NCBI RefSeq assembly: GCF_006345805.1
Contig: NC_043006.1
Span: forward strand, 100,192,001 to 100,256,000
DNA length: 64,000 nucleotides
Direction of reading: 5' to 3'
Origin: Octopus sinensis
Taxonomy: Eukaryota
Shown: positions 48,906-60,080 of the stretch, in pieces
How positions within the stretch are numbered: position 1 is the first letter of the stretch
How the letters are laid out: every line of letters begins with the position of its first letter
The notes under the pieces: model-generated
Database searches by the model: none
What the model was told of the DNA's origin: nothing
The model's input: only the letters and a program-made list of their open reading frames with translations
Program-made: the position numbers and the translations under genes

Positions 48906-48946
48906 GCTGCATTGAAAAGGGGCAATACCCCGAACGCGTCTGTAGC
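48906..48946 (+). ncRNA. Minimal type I hammerhead with U3-A8 core variant (copy 1)
   Basis: GCTGCA-TTGAAAA-GGGG-CAATA-CCCC-GAA(A)-CGCG-TC-TGTAGC. One A of GAAA is missing in this copy. Confidence 0.65.
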
Positions 48947-49259
48947 TGCCGGTCAAGTAGTGTGGAGCGACTGACCTCCTTGTTCGAAGGTTATGGATAC
49001 AGTTTGTGTATCAAATAGCTAACTTAAGGCGATGGCCTCATGGAGCTAATAGCGGACAGCTTTTTTCTTATTTTTATAAGAATGCCATATTAGTATGGCG
49101 ATAACTATTATTTTCCGGGAACGCTGCCGCTGTTCTCTTTGAGAGAGACTTAGTTATTTTAATATTTCTATTATTGAAAATAAGTGGATGTATTCCACTG
49201 AAACTAGGTAAATAAAACCATCGAACAGAGATTGTCGGAAGCGACACCTTGGCTGGTAC

Positions 49260-49303
49260 GCTGCATTGAAAAGGGGCAATACGACCCCGAAAGCGTCTGT
49301 AGC
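49260..49303 (+). ncRNA. Minimal type I hammerhead with U3-A8 core variant (copy 2)
   Basis: GCTGCA-TTGAAAA-GGGG-CAATACGA-CCCC-GAAA-(C)GCG-TC-TGTAGC. One C is missing; the two-copy consensus is complete. Confidence 0.65.
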
Positions 49304-49654
49304 TGCCGGTCAAGTAGTGTGGAACGACTGACCTCCCTTGTTCGAAGGTATATGGACAGTTTGTGTATCAATAGCTAACTTAAGGCGATGGCCTCATGGA
49401 GCTAATAAGCGGACAGCTTTTTTCTTATTTTTATAAGAATGCCATATTAGTATGGCGATAACTATTATTTTCGGGAACGCTGCCGCTTGTCTTTTAGAGA
49501 GACTTAGTTATTTTAATATTTCAATTATATATATATATATATATTATATTTTGTCGCGAATTTTTTTGGGTCATAGAACTTAGCTGTTCTTTCTAATGCG
49601 AAATCTCTATAAGTGGATTCTCTATGTGTTTAAATATACACTATATCGTATGAC

Positions 49655-49726
<72 letters not shown>

Positions 49727-49989
49727 TATATATTATTATATATATGCACAACAAACAAAACAGTGTTGCTAATAGCCGCACGCAGTTTCCCTGCTTCCCC
49801 CAGGACTTAGGAGACGTACTTTTGGGACTACCCTAGCATATATCCATATATATGTTTTCGGTATGTAAGTATATATTTATGAATGTAATATCCTTAGGTC
49901 ATTCTACTTTTATTCCCGTATATACAAACGTACAGACATAAATATAGCTACATAAATACAGGTACCTGTATGCGTGCATGCATGCGTGG

Positions 49990-50233
49990 GAAGGAGTATA
50001 TCTGTAAATTTATAAATCACCATACATTAATACGCATGGGTATCTATCCGAATAAGTGTCCAGTTGCATATGGAAGTTTCAAAACACACACACACATACC
50101 CACTCCCGCATGCACACAAACAATACATACATACATACATAAATACATACATACATACATATATATATATATGTATATACGTGTATAAATATATAAATAT
50201 ATATATATATGAATATATGAGTAAAATATATAT

Positions 50234-50302
<69 letters not shown>

Positions 50303-50470
50303 TATACATATACAAATACATGTATATATATATCCATTTCTCTATCTATCTATCTATATATATATATTGTGTGTGTGTGTGTATACATACATACATACTA
50401 CATACATACATACATACATACATACATACATACATACATACATACATACATACATACGTACGTACATATA
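49990..50470. repeat. Compound (CA)/(TA)/(ATAC)n microsatellite
   Basis: Directly visible. Confidence 0.9.
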
Positions 50471-51377
50471 ATTACGTGAGTGTATATGTTTTTATTCATG
50501 AGTATCCAGCCATCTATGTCCGAATATAGCTATATACTAATTTATGCGTATATACGCAAATAATAGTATATTCATATCACGTTTCTAAAGTATGCTCGAC
50601 TTTTATGTACATAAATGCTTGTGCCTATGTTTATCGTTGTACTGCCACATAAGCATCTATATCAGTAACTATGTTTCTATAATCGATCTGCACTTCTCTC
50701 TTCCTTTCTTTAATGATTCTCTACGTCTTACATAGGGATTAACGTAATTTTCTGTTTGGCTACGAAACAACACATTTTATATTTCTGCTCATAAATAAAT
50801 TTAATTTGTTTTAGAATGAACGATCATATACCCCAGACCACAACATTCTTCTCAAGTCTCACTTTACTTTAATTTCTGACCTCCTTTGTATCCAAAACAA
50901 ATTCAATCATTGTGTTTTCACTCACAAAACAGTTCATACATATATCGTACCACATCCTCCACGTAACATTTAATATTTCGGCCAAAAGCTATGATTTTTC
51001 TAACGATCAATTTCATGCATCTTCGAATATTTTCCACAAACAAATCTACATAATTTCAGTTTATCTACTTTTAATTACTCCACCACATGTCTCTCTTATT
51101 CTACCAAATCAAAGTTTTGCAGTTCTATTTTCCAGTAGCTAAATAAAATATTTATTTTATAGACTTATCGGCCCACAAAATCACACTTACATATCCATAC
51201 ACAAACACACACAGAATCTCAAGCTACAATTGAAGTAAACTTCAGTTTTCAAAATTTCATAGTTCGAGGATTTCCAATTCGGGCGAAAATATAAATAAAT
51301 GCGATATACTGTACTTTGAAGTAACCTTGTTTGATACATACGTACACACACGCTGGCGATGGTGGGGACAGAGAGAC

Positions 51378-51945
51378 AGTAGTACACACACATACATATA
51401 CTTATATACGACGTGCTTCTTTTGGTTTCCGTCTGCCAAATCCACGCACAAGTCTTTGGTCGTACCAAGCCTATTGTAGAAGACGGAGGCGCAATGGCCC
51501 AATAGTTAGGGCAGCGGACTCGCGGTCGTAGGATCGCGGTTTCGATTCCCAGACCGGACGTTGTGAGTGTTTATTGAGCGAAAACACCTAAAAGCTCCAC
51601 GACGCTCCGGCAGGGGATGGTGGTGATCCCTGCTCTACTCTTTCACCACAACTTTCTCTCACTCTTACTTCCTGTTTCTGTTGTACCTGTATTTCAAAGG
51701 GCCGGCCTTGTCACTCTCTGTGTCACGATGAATATCCCCGAGAACTACGTTAAGGGTACACGTGTCTGTGGAGTGCTCGGCCACTTACACGTTAATTTCA
51801 CGTGCAGGCTGTTCCGTTGATTCGGATCAACCGGAACCCTCGTCGTCGTAACCGACGGAGTGCTTCCATTCCATTGTAGAAGACACTTGCTGAAGATGCT
51901 ACGGAGAGGGACTAAATCCTGAACCCTGTGCCTGGGAAGCAAACA
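51378..51945 (-). mobile_element. CORE-like SINE split by a younger SINE
   Basis: TTTCCGTCTGCCAAATCCAC..CTATTGTAGAAGAC resumes as ATTGTAGAAGACACTTGC at 51873. Confidence 0.75.
51485..51872 (+). mobile_element. Full-length tRNA-derived SINE with 12-bp TSD
   Basis: A-box and B-box-like head GGCGCAATGGCCCAATAGTTAGGG..GGTTTCGATTCCC; TSD ATTGTAGAAGAC at 51473-51484 and 51873-51884. Confidence 0.9.
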
Positions 51946-52429
51946 GCCAAATGAAATTTAGATTGTGATAATCCCACTGAAAGGTGTTAAGAAAAGAAAA
52001 ACAGGTGAGAAATATGTTTTTAGGGTGACAGGTAAGTTATGTACAACCCGTTGTTCAACAATTCATTCTTTCATAAAATTTATTACAAATGAAGAGAAAT
52101 TACTAGAATATTCATAGCAATTTGTTGCAACCGTTGTTTCTGACAAATTAAAAGGATTTCTGTCATTCACATAAAATCTTCATGGAACGCCAAACTCGAC
52201 ACAAATTGCACCATGCATTACACATGGTGCTACTGCATTGCATTTAACACAGATGAATGAAATCAACATGGCAATATTGTTCACTTTCACTTATCAGCTT
52301 CTCTTGATATCTGAGCACTTTTGAAGGGGATAGGTTAACAGAAATATTACAACAAATAGTACTCTTCTACGGTAATATATGAATGACATTTTTATGGTAC
52401 GTCTCGTGTTGCAACTAAATTAACGTTGC

Positions 52430-52790
<361 letters not shown>

Positions 52791-53145
52791 TGTATGTACG
52801 TCTGGATGTCCAGTCTTGCGTTGCTGCTGGCATTTTTTATGAACATGATTTGATAAGAACTAAGAATAGCAAAAAATGATTTATGGTGATTAAACATATG
52901 AAATAATATGATAATAAATAAGTAAAGCAAAAGAGAAACATGAACAACGATTGCTTTGACAAATTACATGGTTCTTATTTAATTAATATCGGCTAATTCA
53001 AGAAACAATTTCCATCTGAAGTCTAATGCTGATGATAGTAATATTATTTTTATTATTATTAAAATCATTGTTGTTTTTATTTTTATTATTATCACTGTTG
53101 TTGTTGTTATTATTATTATTACTATTATGATTATTATTATTATTA

Positions 53146-53190
<45 letters not shown>

Positions 53191-53231
53191 CATTATTATT
53201 ATTATTATTATCATCATTATTATTATTATTA

Positions 53232-53646
53232 TTCAGTAGTTTTATTTTTATAGCGTGCTTTCACTTCACTACCGAGCACAGCTCTGTGTGCCTTGGGTAT
53301 GTGCTGTGATTTGTTGTGATGCTCTGATGGTTATTGTATGGAAAATGTTCTGCGTAGGATGTGTGCAGTGCCTAGTAGTGCAATTTTCTGTATGTTATAT
53401 GTGTTTGTAAGTCCTGGTGTTTTTGTTATGTATTTGTCTGAATGTTTTTTTATCATGCCTAATGCACCTACTATGATAGGAATTGTTTCTGTTTTCAGAT
53501 TCCACATTCTAGTTACCTCTATTTCCAGGTCTTTGTATTTTGAGAGTTTCTCCATTTCTTTTAGAGACACGTTGTCATCAGCCGGTATTGATACATCAAT
53601 TAGAAAGTATTTTTTTTCTTCATGATCTCTGACAACTATATCTGGT
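53232..53646 (-). mobile_element. R4/Dong 3' end in minus orientation
   Basis: ORF 53331-53570 SLKEMEKLSKYKDLEIEVTRMW..LGTAHILRRTFSIQ; flanked by (ATT)n on +. Confidence 0.9.
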
Positions 53647-53679
53647 ATTATTATATATCAACTGGTATATCAACTATAT

Positions 53680-53711
53680 ATTATTATTATTGTTTATTAT
53701 TATTATTATCA

Positions 53712-53787
<76 letters not shown>

Positions 53788-53837
53788 CATTATTATTATA
53801 ATTATTATTATTATTATTATCATTATTATTATTATTA

Positions 53838-53880
<43 letters not shown>

Positions 53881-54120
53881 TATTATTATTAATAATATTA
53901 TTATTATTATTATCATTATTATTATTATTATCATTATTATTATTATTATTATTATTAGTGTTATTATTATTATCATTATTATTATTATTATTATTATTAT
54001 CATTATTATTATTATTATTATTATTGTTATTATTATTATTTTTGTTATTATTATTATCACTATTAACTCTAATAATAATTGTAGCAGTAATAACAAGAAG
54101 AAGAAGAAGAAGAGTAGGAG
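53680..54120. repeat. Long (ATT)n microsatellite
   Basis: Directly visible. Confidence 0.95.
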
Positions 54121-54399
54121 GAAAGGAGGAAAATAAACAATAACAACAAAAATGACGGCAACAATGACAACAACAACATCAATAAGAAGAATGATTTCTT
54201 TTATCAGCCACTCAGCCATCAATGAGGATGGGCATGACAACGGCAGTCAATAATTTGAGTGAGGGTTTACATAACACATAAGGCGAAAGAAATTAAAAGA
54301 TGTTGAATGGCATAAAACTATATATTGTATACAAAGTACGTGATAACATGAGTATTGCGGTCTTCCTTATGCAGAAGAAACTCCAACAATCTACGGACA

Positions 54400-54800
54400 T
54401 CACAGCACCCGCATTATTCTAACCCCTAAAAACCTTAGACTTCTCCCAACTGTCACAAATATACTGGTGAATGCTTTGAGTAGGGCCAATCACTTTAATT
54501 TTTGCGACTGTCACCCAGCTTTTCATAAATTCACTGGGTGATAGCACTTTCCTCGGCACCCTCACTTTCCTTTCGAAATGAAACTTTAAAAGACTCAATT
54601 ATGTCTTGACCAAATAGGAAGGGGTCTACCTCAATACTGGATCATGGCTATTAAGTCTAAAATGGGGATCAAGCCTGTCACATGGCAATTAGGGAAAGCT
54701 TGAAGGAAGGATATGTAGTCTGACCGAGACTGGGCCCCCACCTGACCACAATATTGCTGGAAATTGTGTAGGGAATCTGTCAGGATGCAGATATAAAGGT
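54400..54800 (-). mobile_element. Degenerate LINE 3' ORF region (possibly Tx1-like)
   Basis: Minus-strand KVRVPRKVLSPSEFMKSWVTVAKI resembles the 19950-20620 remnant. Confidence 0.35.
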
Positions 54801-55114
54801 AAATTCAGTTCATATTAAAATGGAAGAAGTAGGCAAGAGGAAATACATATAAAAAAGTTCACATACATAACAAAATTTCTTACGCTACACAGCCCAGGGT
54901 ATGACACTGCTGGACACAGTCCGCGTCCTATGAATACCACAATTCAATACGATAGACAATACACAATTCAATACGGTAGACAATTACAGGTCGATATCCT
55001 GTCCGCCACTTATGTATAAATTATTGACAGGAATACGCGCAGAGTCAATCTACAAACATTTAGAAAAAATGGAGTCCTGCCACATGAGCAATGTAAGTGT
55101 AGAGGTCCAAGGAT

Positions 55115-56600
55115 CAACTGGTAGACAAAACTGTATTTAGAGACTTCAAAAGGAGGAAAATTAACTGCCTGTTCCCACTGATCTTTGTAGTATGCTTGAT
55201 ACCACTAACACTGATCACGAAGAAAGCAAAAGCTGGCTGTGTATTCAAAAGCCACCAACGAAATGTCAGCCGGGTATTATTCATTGTTGATCTCAAACTT
55301 TATGGTAAAGATGAAGCCCAAGTCAGTTCCTTCGTTGATATGGTGTATACTTTCAGTGCTGATATCAGAATGTTGGAACTGAGAAAGTGTGGTGTGTTAG
55401 TCTTGAAAAGAGGCAAAGTCAAATGTATGGACGGGCTATCGATACCGTCGGGGAAGGTTATGAAGCAGATAGAAGAGACAAGATATAAGTACTTGGGGAT
55501 TTCGGAAATGGATAAATTGATGGAGAAAGAAATGAGAGAAAAATTGAAGGTGGAATAATTGCGCAGACTGAGAAGGATCCTGAAGTCGAAATTAAACGGA
55601 CGGAATAAGTTTGAAGCTATCGACACCTGGGCAGTTTCATCCTTAGATATGGAACAGGGGTAATCGCATGGACAGTTGGGGAACTAAAGAGCTTAGACAG
55701 AAAAACAAGGAAGTTGCTAACGAGATATGGGACACTTCACCCAAAAAGTGACACGGAGAAACTATATGTACCAAAACTAAGATGGGGAAGAGGACTTATT
55801 GGATGCGAACACAGTATTAAAGCAGAAGAAAACAACGTCGCATGGTATGTAAAACATGCCACAGAACTGCTATTATTAGAAGTTAGAAGTTTCAGGCTTG
55901 AGGAGGATGAAAGACTGCAAAGATAAATCACAGTACCAACAATTGAAAACGATTGAAACTGAAAATAGATGGGTGAAGAAAAGAATGCATGGACAATTTC
56001 ATGGGGATGTTGAAGATAAGACAGACAGAGTAAAGAGATGGCTGTGGATGATTAAATTGATTTAAAACCGGAAACGGATTCTCTAATCGCTGCTGCCCAA
56101 GAGCAAGCACTAAGAGCAAACTACATAAAATACAGAGTAGACAACACATCAGAAAGTGATAAGTGCAGAATCTGTGGAAAAAATGGTGAAACCGAATGGT
56201 ATATTACCAACCAATATACGCCACTAGCCCAGAAGGAATATAAGAGACTCCACGACAATATAGCAAGGCTTGACCATTGGACATTTTGCAACATGTATGG
56301 ACTTGACAGAGGAAAAAATTGGTACGACCACAAATCCGAAGGCATTATCGAAAATGATAACGCAAAGATCCTGTGAGAATTTATGATAATTGTGGGAGCC
56401 CTGGGATCAGTGAGAAAGATCTCGAGAAGTACATGGAACAAATAGGGACTGCAATAAGGGTGGAGCACTTTCAGAAAACAGGACTGCTCGGAACCTCTCG
56501 AACACTCCGGAAAATGCTCGAAAAATAAGAGGTGTATACCTTAGTTCACTGTTAGTGAACAGTTGTGACCGTAGTACATCTCTTGCGTTATTGCAAAAGC
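55115..56600 (+). mobile_element. R4-like LINE, RT second half to endonuclease, decayed
   Basis: VLFIVDLKLYGKDE, RKCGVLVLKRGK, YKYLGI, LHPKSDTEKLY, LIAAAQEQALRANY, CRICG, YKRLHDNIA, VGALG. Confidence 0.85.
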
Positions 56601-56621
56601 AATAATAGTAATATTAATAAC

Positions 56622-56715
<94 letters not shown>

Positions 56716-56718
<3 letters not shown>

Positions 56719-56860
56719 TGCCCTGATGCAGTACCAGGCAAATGCCCTGATGCAGTACCAGGCAAATGCCCTGATGCAGTACCAGGCAAATGCCCTGATG
56801 CAGTACCAGGTAAATGCCCTGATGCAGTACCAGGTAAAATGCCCTGATGCAGTACCAGGC
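56716..56860. repeat. Six tandem copies of AAATGCCCTGATGCAGTACCAGG(C/T) (24 nt)
   Basis: Units start at 56716, 56740, 56764, 56788, 56812 and 56837. Confidence 0.95.
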
Positions 56861-57390
56861 AGTGGCTCTCATGGCTTCTGATCTTAACTGATTGGAAGTG
56901 TTATCATGTACATTGTTTTGTCTTGGTATAAAAGATGGGCTACAGCAAATATTCTGCTCAATACCACAGATTTGCTTGTCAGTTGTTTGACCTTAACCAG
57001 TTGAGCATGTCCCTTAGTGGCTGACGATATGTGCATCTCTGATCACGAGCAGAGTAGTGGGGGAGCATCATAGCCATGTGTTGAGAGGGATTCTTTTTGG
57101 GGTTTGAATAGTTCACCTCTGGAAACATGGGTGGTTCTTTCAACATCCTTAAACACCCTTATTCAGGGACCGTTTGAGCGGGATGGCTACTCAACCTGAA
57201 GAAAATTCTAACTGGGCCCCACCTGCAAGGTCATGTGCTGTTTATCTTGATATGAGATCATCATGTCGCGCCATATGGTTGTGATGCATGTGCCTGGTGT
57301 ACCTTTATCAGACGGGTAGTCATGATGGGTATATTGGGCTTCATATATTTTACCCCAGTGTCACTTTGATGGCATGAACTGCTCTCTCAC
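56716..57390 (-). mobile_element. Non-coding retroposon-like repeat with (TTA)n tail and six-fold repeated 3' end
   Basis: Homologous to 19320-19685 and 17838-17895; the tail is an (AAT)n tract on +. Confidence 0.75.
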
Positions 57391-57419
57391 TCAATAATAA
57401 TAATAATAATAATAATAAT

Positions 57420-58520
57420 GTGAAAAGAGTAGATTGTAAGGGCATAGAATTTCTAAACGGAGAGAAAACTGAGGACCCGGATTATGATGGGTACAAGGAG
57501 CTGGGATCCTGTAGCTGGACAATACCTTGCAAAGAGAAATTAAAAACAAGGTCATCATTGCATATTTGAAGCGCCTCAAACGTCTCTTCAAATGAAAGCT
57601 GGACTCACGGAATCTTGTGACTGCCCTCAACATATGGGCTGTTCCTAAAGTCTTCTGTAGTGAACTCAAGATATATACCAAGATATATATGGGTTGGAAG
57701 CGTGTCTGACATTGTTAGTGCTGGTAAAATTGTTGCGCAGAAAGAGTACAAGCGCAGACATGACAAGGTAGCCCTTCACTGGCTACTACGCCGGATGTAT
57801 GGACATTAGATAACGTGTGCCTGGTTACACCAGAAAAGGTACTGGACGAAAAGAGGAAGGGGAAAATATTCTGACGCTTGGTTTTGCCGACGACATAAGG
57901 CAGAAAAGGTGTTAAAGTACCGAAGGCCGGACCTAGTAACCTTTAGGTGTAACAAACAAGAGTGCCTAATAATCGAAGTAGCAGTGCCAGGAGATCAAGA
58001 TATTACCGTGAAAAAAAGAGAAAAAAATTGATAAATATGGAGACCTGAGGATTGAGACCACCGAGATGTGGTAGCTCCGGGAGTCAAATATAAAGGTTGT
58101 CCCTATTGTCATCGGAGCACTGGGTTCAACACCTATTTCTTTATTACCCACAAGGGGCTAAATACAGAGGGGACAAACAAGGACAGACACAGGTATTAAG
58201 TCGATTACATCGACCCCAGTGCGTAACTGGTACTTAATTAATCGACCCCGAAAGGATGAAAGGCAAAGTCGACATCGGCGGAATTTGAACTCACAAAGTA
58301 ACGCAGACGAAATACCGCTAAGCATTTCGCCCGGCGTGCTAACGCTTCTGCCAGCTCGCACTGGGTTCAATACCACCCAATCTGAAGAAACATGTGAAAA
58401 CTTTAGAAACACCCTTCAGTCTAGATTTATTGCAGAAATCAATATTATTTGGAACTGCAGGCATATTGCGCAAAGTACTGCCTCTCTGAGGACCGTTTTG
58501 TGAATCAAAAAACAGTATAA
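57420..58520 (+). mobile_element. Decayed R4-like LINE 3' half interrupted by a SINE
   Basis: YKRRHDKVAL, CLIIEVAVPGDQ, VPIVIGALG, LQKSILFGTAGILRKVL. Confidence 0.7.
58134..58357 (-). mobile_element. Nin/Deu-like SINE with 17-bp TSD
   Basis: TSD GCACTGGGTTCAA(C/T)ACC at 58117-58133 and 58358-58374. Confidence 0.9.
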
Positions 58521-58597
58521 ACTCCCGGTTGACATATTTTTACATTATTTACAATATTTACATTCGACGGATATTTGTCCTCATCTTGTTTGTTGTT

Positions 58598-58643
58598 AAC
58601 ACAACGTTTCGGCTGATATCCCCTCCAGCCGTCTTCATGTGTT
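58598..58643 (-). ncRNA. Minimal type I hammerhead with a C3-to-A core mutation
   Basis: AACAC-ATGAAGA-C-GGCTG-GAGGGGATAT-CAGCC-GAAA-CG-TT-GTGTT. Stems I and II are 5 bp each and stem III is the palindrome ACGT. Confidence 0.6.
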
Positions 58644-58739
58644 TTGGGGAAATTTCGAACCTGCGTCCTCATTCCTAAGGGATTGTTATTATCATCATCA
58701 TTATCAGCATCATCATTATTATTATTATTTTTTTTTTTT

Positions 58740-58935
58740 CTTCTTTCAAATTTGCTTCCATTTCTTGCCGGGTGTCTTCCCGACTCCTAGGGCAAAGAAA
58801 CTCATAGTATACATTGGTAGGCCATTAAGCTAAACTCAATAGTTCGTTCATTTTTTTTAAAGTTAAATTAAAATACATGGGTAGTAATAGTTCTCACATC
58901 GACAATGCTCTTCTCAATACGTGTGATGTACCAGT
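58740..58935 (-). mobile_element. 3' end of the second R4-like family (minus)
   Basis: Reverse complement of 21340-21488. Confidence 0.65.
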
Positions 58936-59049
58936 TAAGACTATTATTATTATTATTATTATTATTATAAAACCGTCCTTGTTAGAAGAAGACTGTTCTA
59001 TGGTGACTCGCTCCCTCTACTATACTTTCTTGTTAACAACTTTGACCAA

Positions 59050-60080
59050 TATGCTAAACTGACTGGACACGGATAACAGTAATGTCTAGATAGTCAAACA
59101 CCTGTCGTATGCGAATGTATTCTTGTCGTCTGCTACAAAACACAAACTACTTGAAACAGTGTTATGAACAGTACACGGTTTCAGTAGAGGAATTCAGATG
59201 GAGTTCGGTTTAGTAGAAATATAACAAAAAACAACAGACATAAAACAACATTGATTATACAACCATAAATAAAAACAATAGTGTTGTGTTAAATGAAGAA
59301 ACAAAGATAAGAAAATTAGACTAAACACAATTTACAGATACTTATTAATTAATGAACAAGACAGAGCACAAACACATGCAAATGAAAGAAAAATTTAGGA
59401 AGGAAAGCGTAGACACATTTTATTAATAATTAAACATAGCGAGAAACAAGACAAAATGTAAGGTAATAGGCATTAATGCAACATCTGTTCCGGTTCCACA
59501 TTATATAATTATGACGCTACAAACTAGAAAATAAGTGAATTAGCCAGACTAGACGGGAAACAAGAAAAATAATTACTGCATATAAGATACATCACTCAAA
59601 GTCCAACGTACAAATGTTTTATTTACCGCAAATCTAGGGAGGCTAACGGTCTTTTGCAACGAGAACAATACAATAAAATATCAGCTATATTAATATAAAC
59701 ATATGTATTGAAGTTTGAATGGAAACTAATATAAACATCGAAATCAGTAACAAAGACAATAGCTGTTTTCTATCTTGAAGGAAACGAACATTTGCGCTAT
59801 AGCGGCTGGTGCAACAGACAGATGTAAAGAAAAAGGAGAAAGAACAATAGAACTGGCTAAAAATGTAAGCTCAGCTAAAAGTGATGTTGCATAATTTAAT
59901 GTACTGTCTGTGGCAAGAAAAAATGCTATATGACAAATACCTGACATGATTAAACAAAGCAAAATTGAATAAAGAAAAATTTCAGGACTGTCTATGCATC
60001 GTAGATGCATAACTGAGACCAAAGTTCTTTGATTGCTAGATATAAGAATATTACAACGAAATAACCAAGCTGGAGGAAAA
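59050..60080 (+). mobile_element. Highly decayed R4-like RT and downstream region
   Basis: HLSYANVFLSSATKHKLLETVL*TVHGFSRGIQMEFGL parallels HLFYMDDLKLYAANDKQLETLLKTVHGFTKEIDMKFGL. Confidence 0.55.

Larger units (their letters stand above)
48497..49521 (+). repeat. 357-bp tandem repeat (about 2.5 units) preceded by an inverted 125-bp copy; retrozyme-like
   Basis: CCTTGTTCGAAGG recurs at 48622, 48978 and 49336. 48497-48621 is the reverse complement of 48635-48760. Both ends lie in (TA)n. Confidence 0.9.

Noticed and set aside
51485-51560. tRNA genes at SINE heads (also 24906, 37034, 10450-10526)
   Set aside because: They have A/B-box-like sequence only, no full cloverleaf, and continue into SINE bodies with TSDs.
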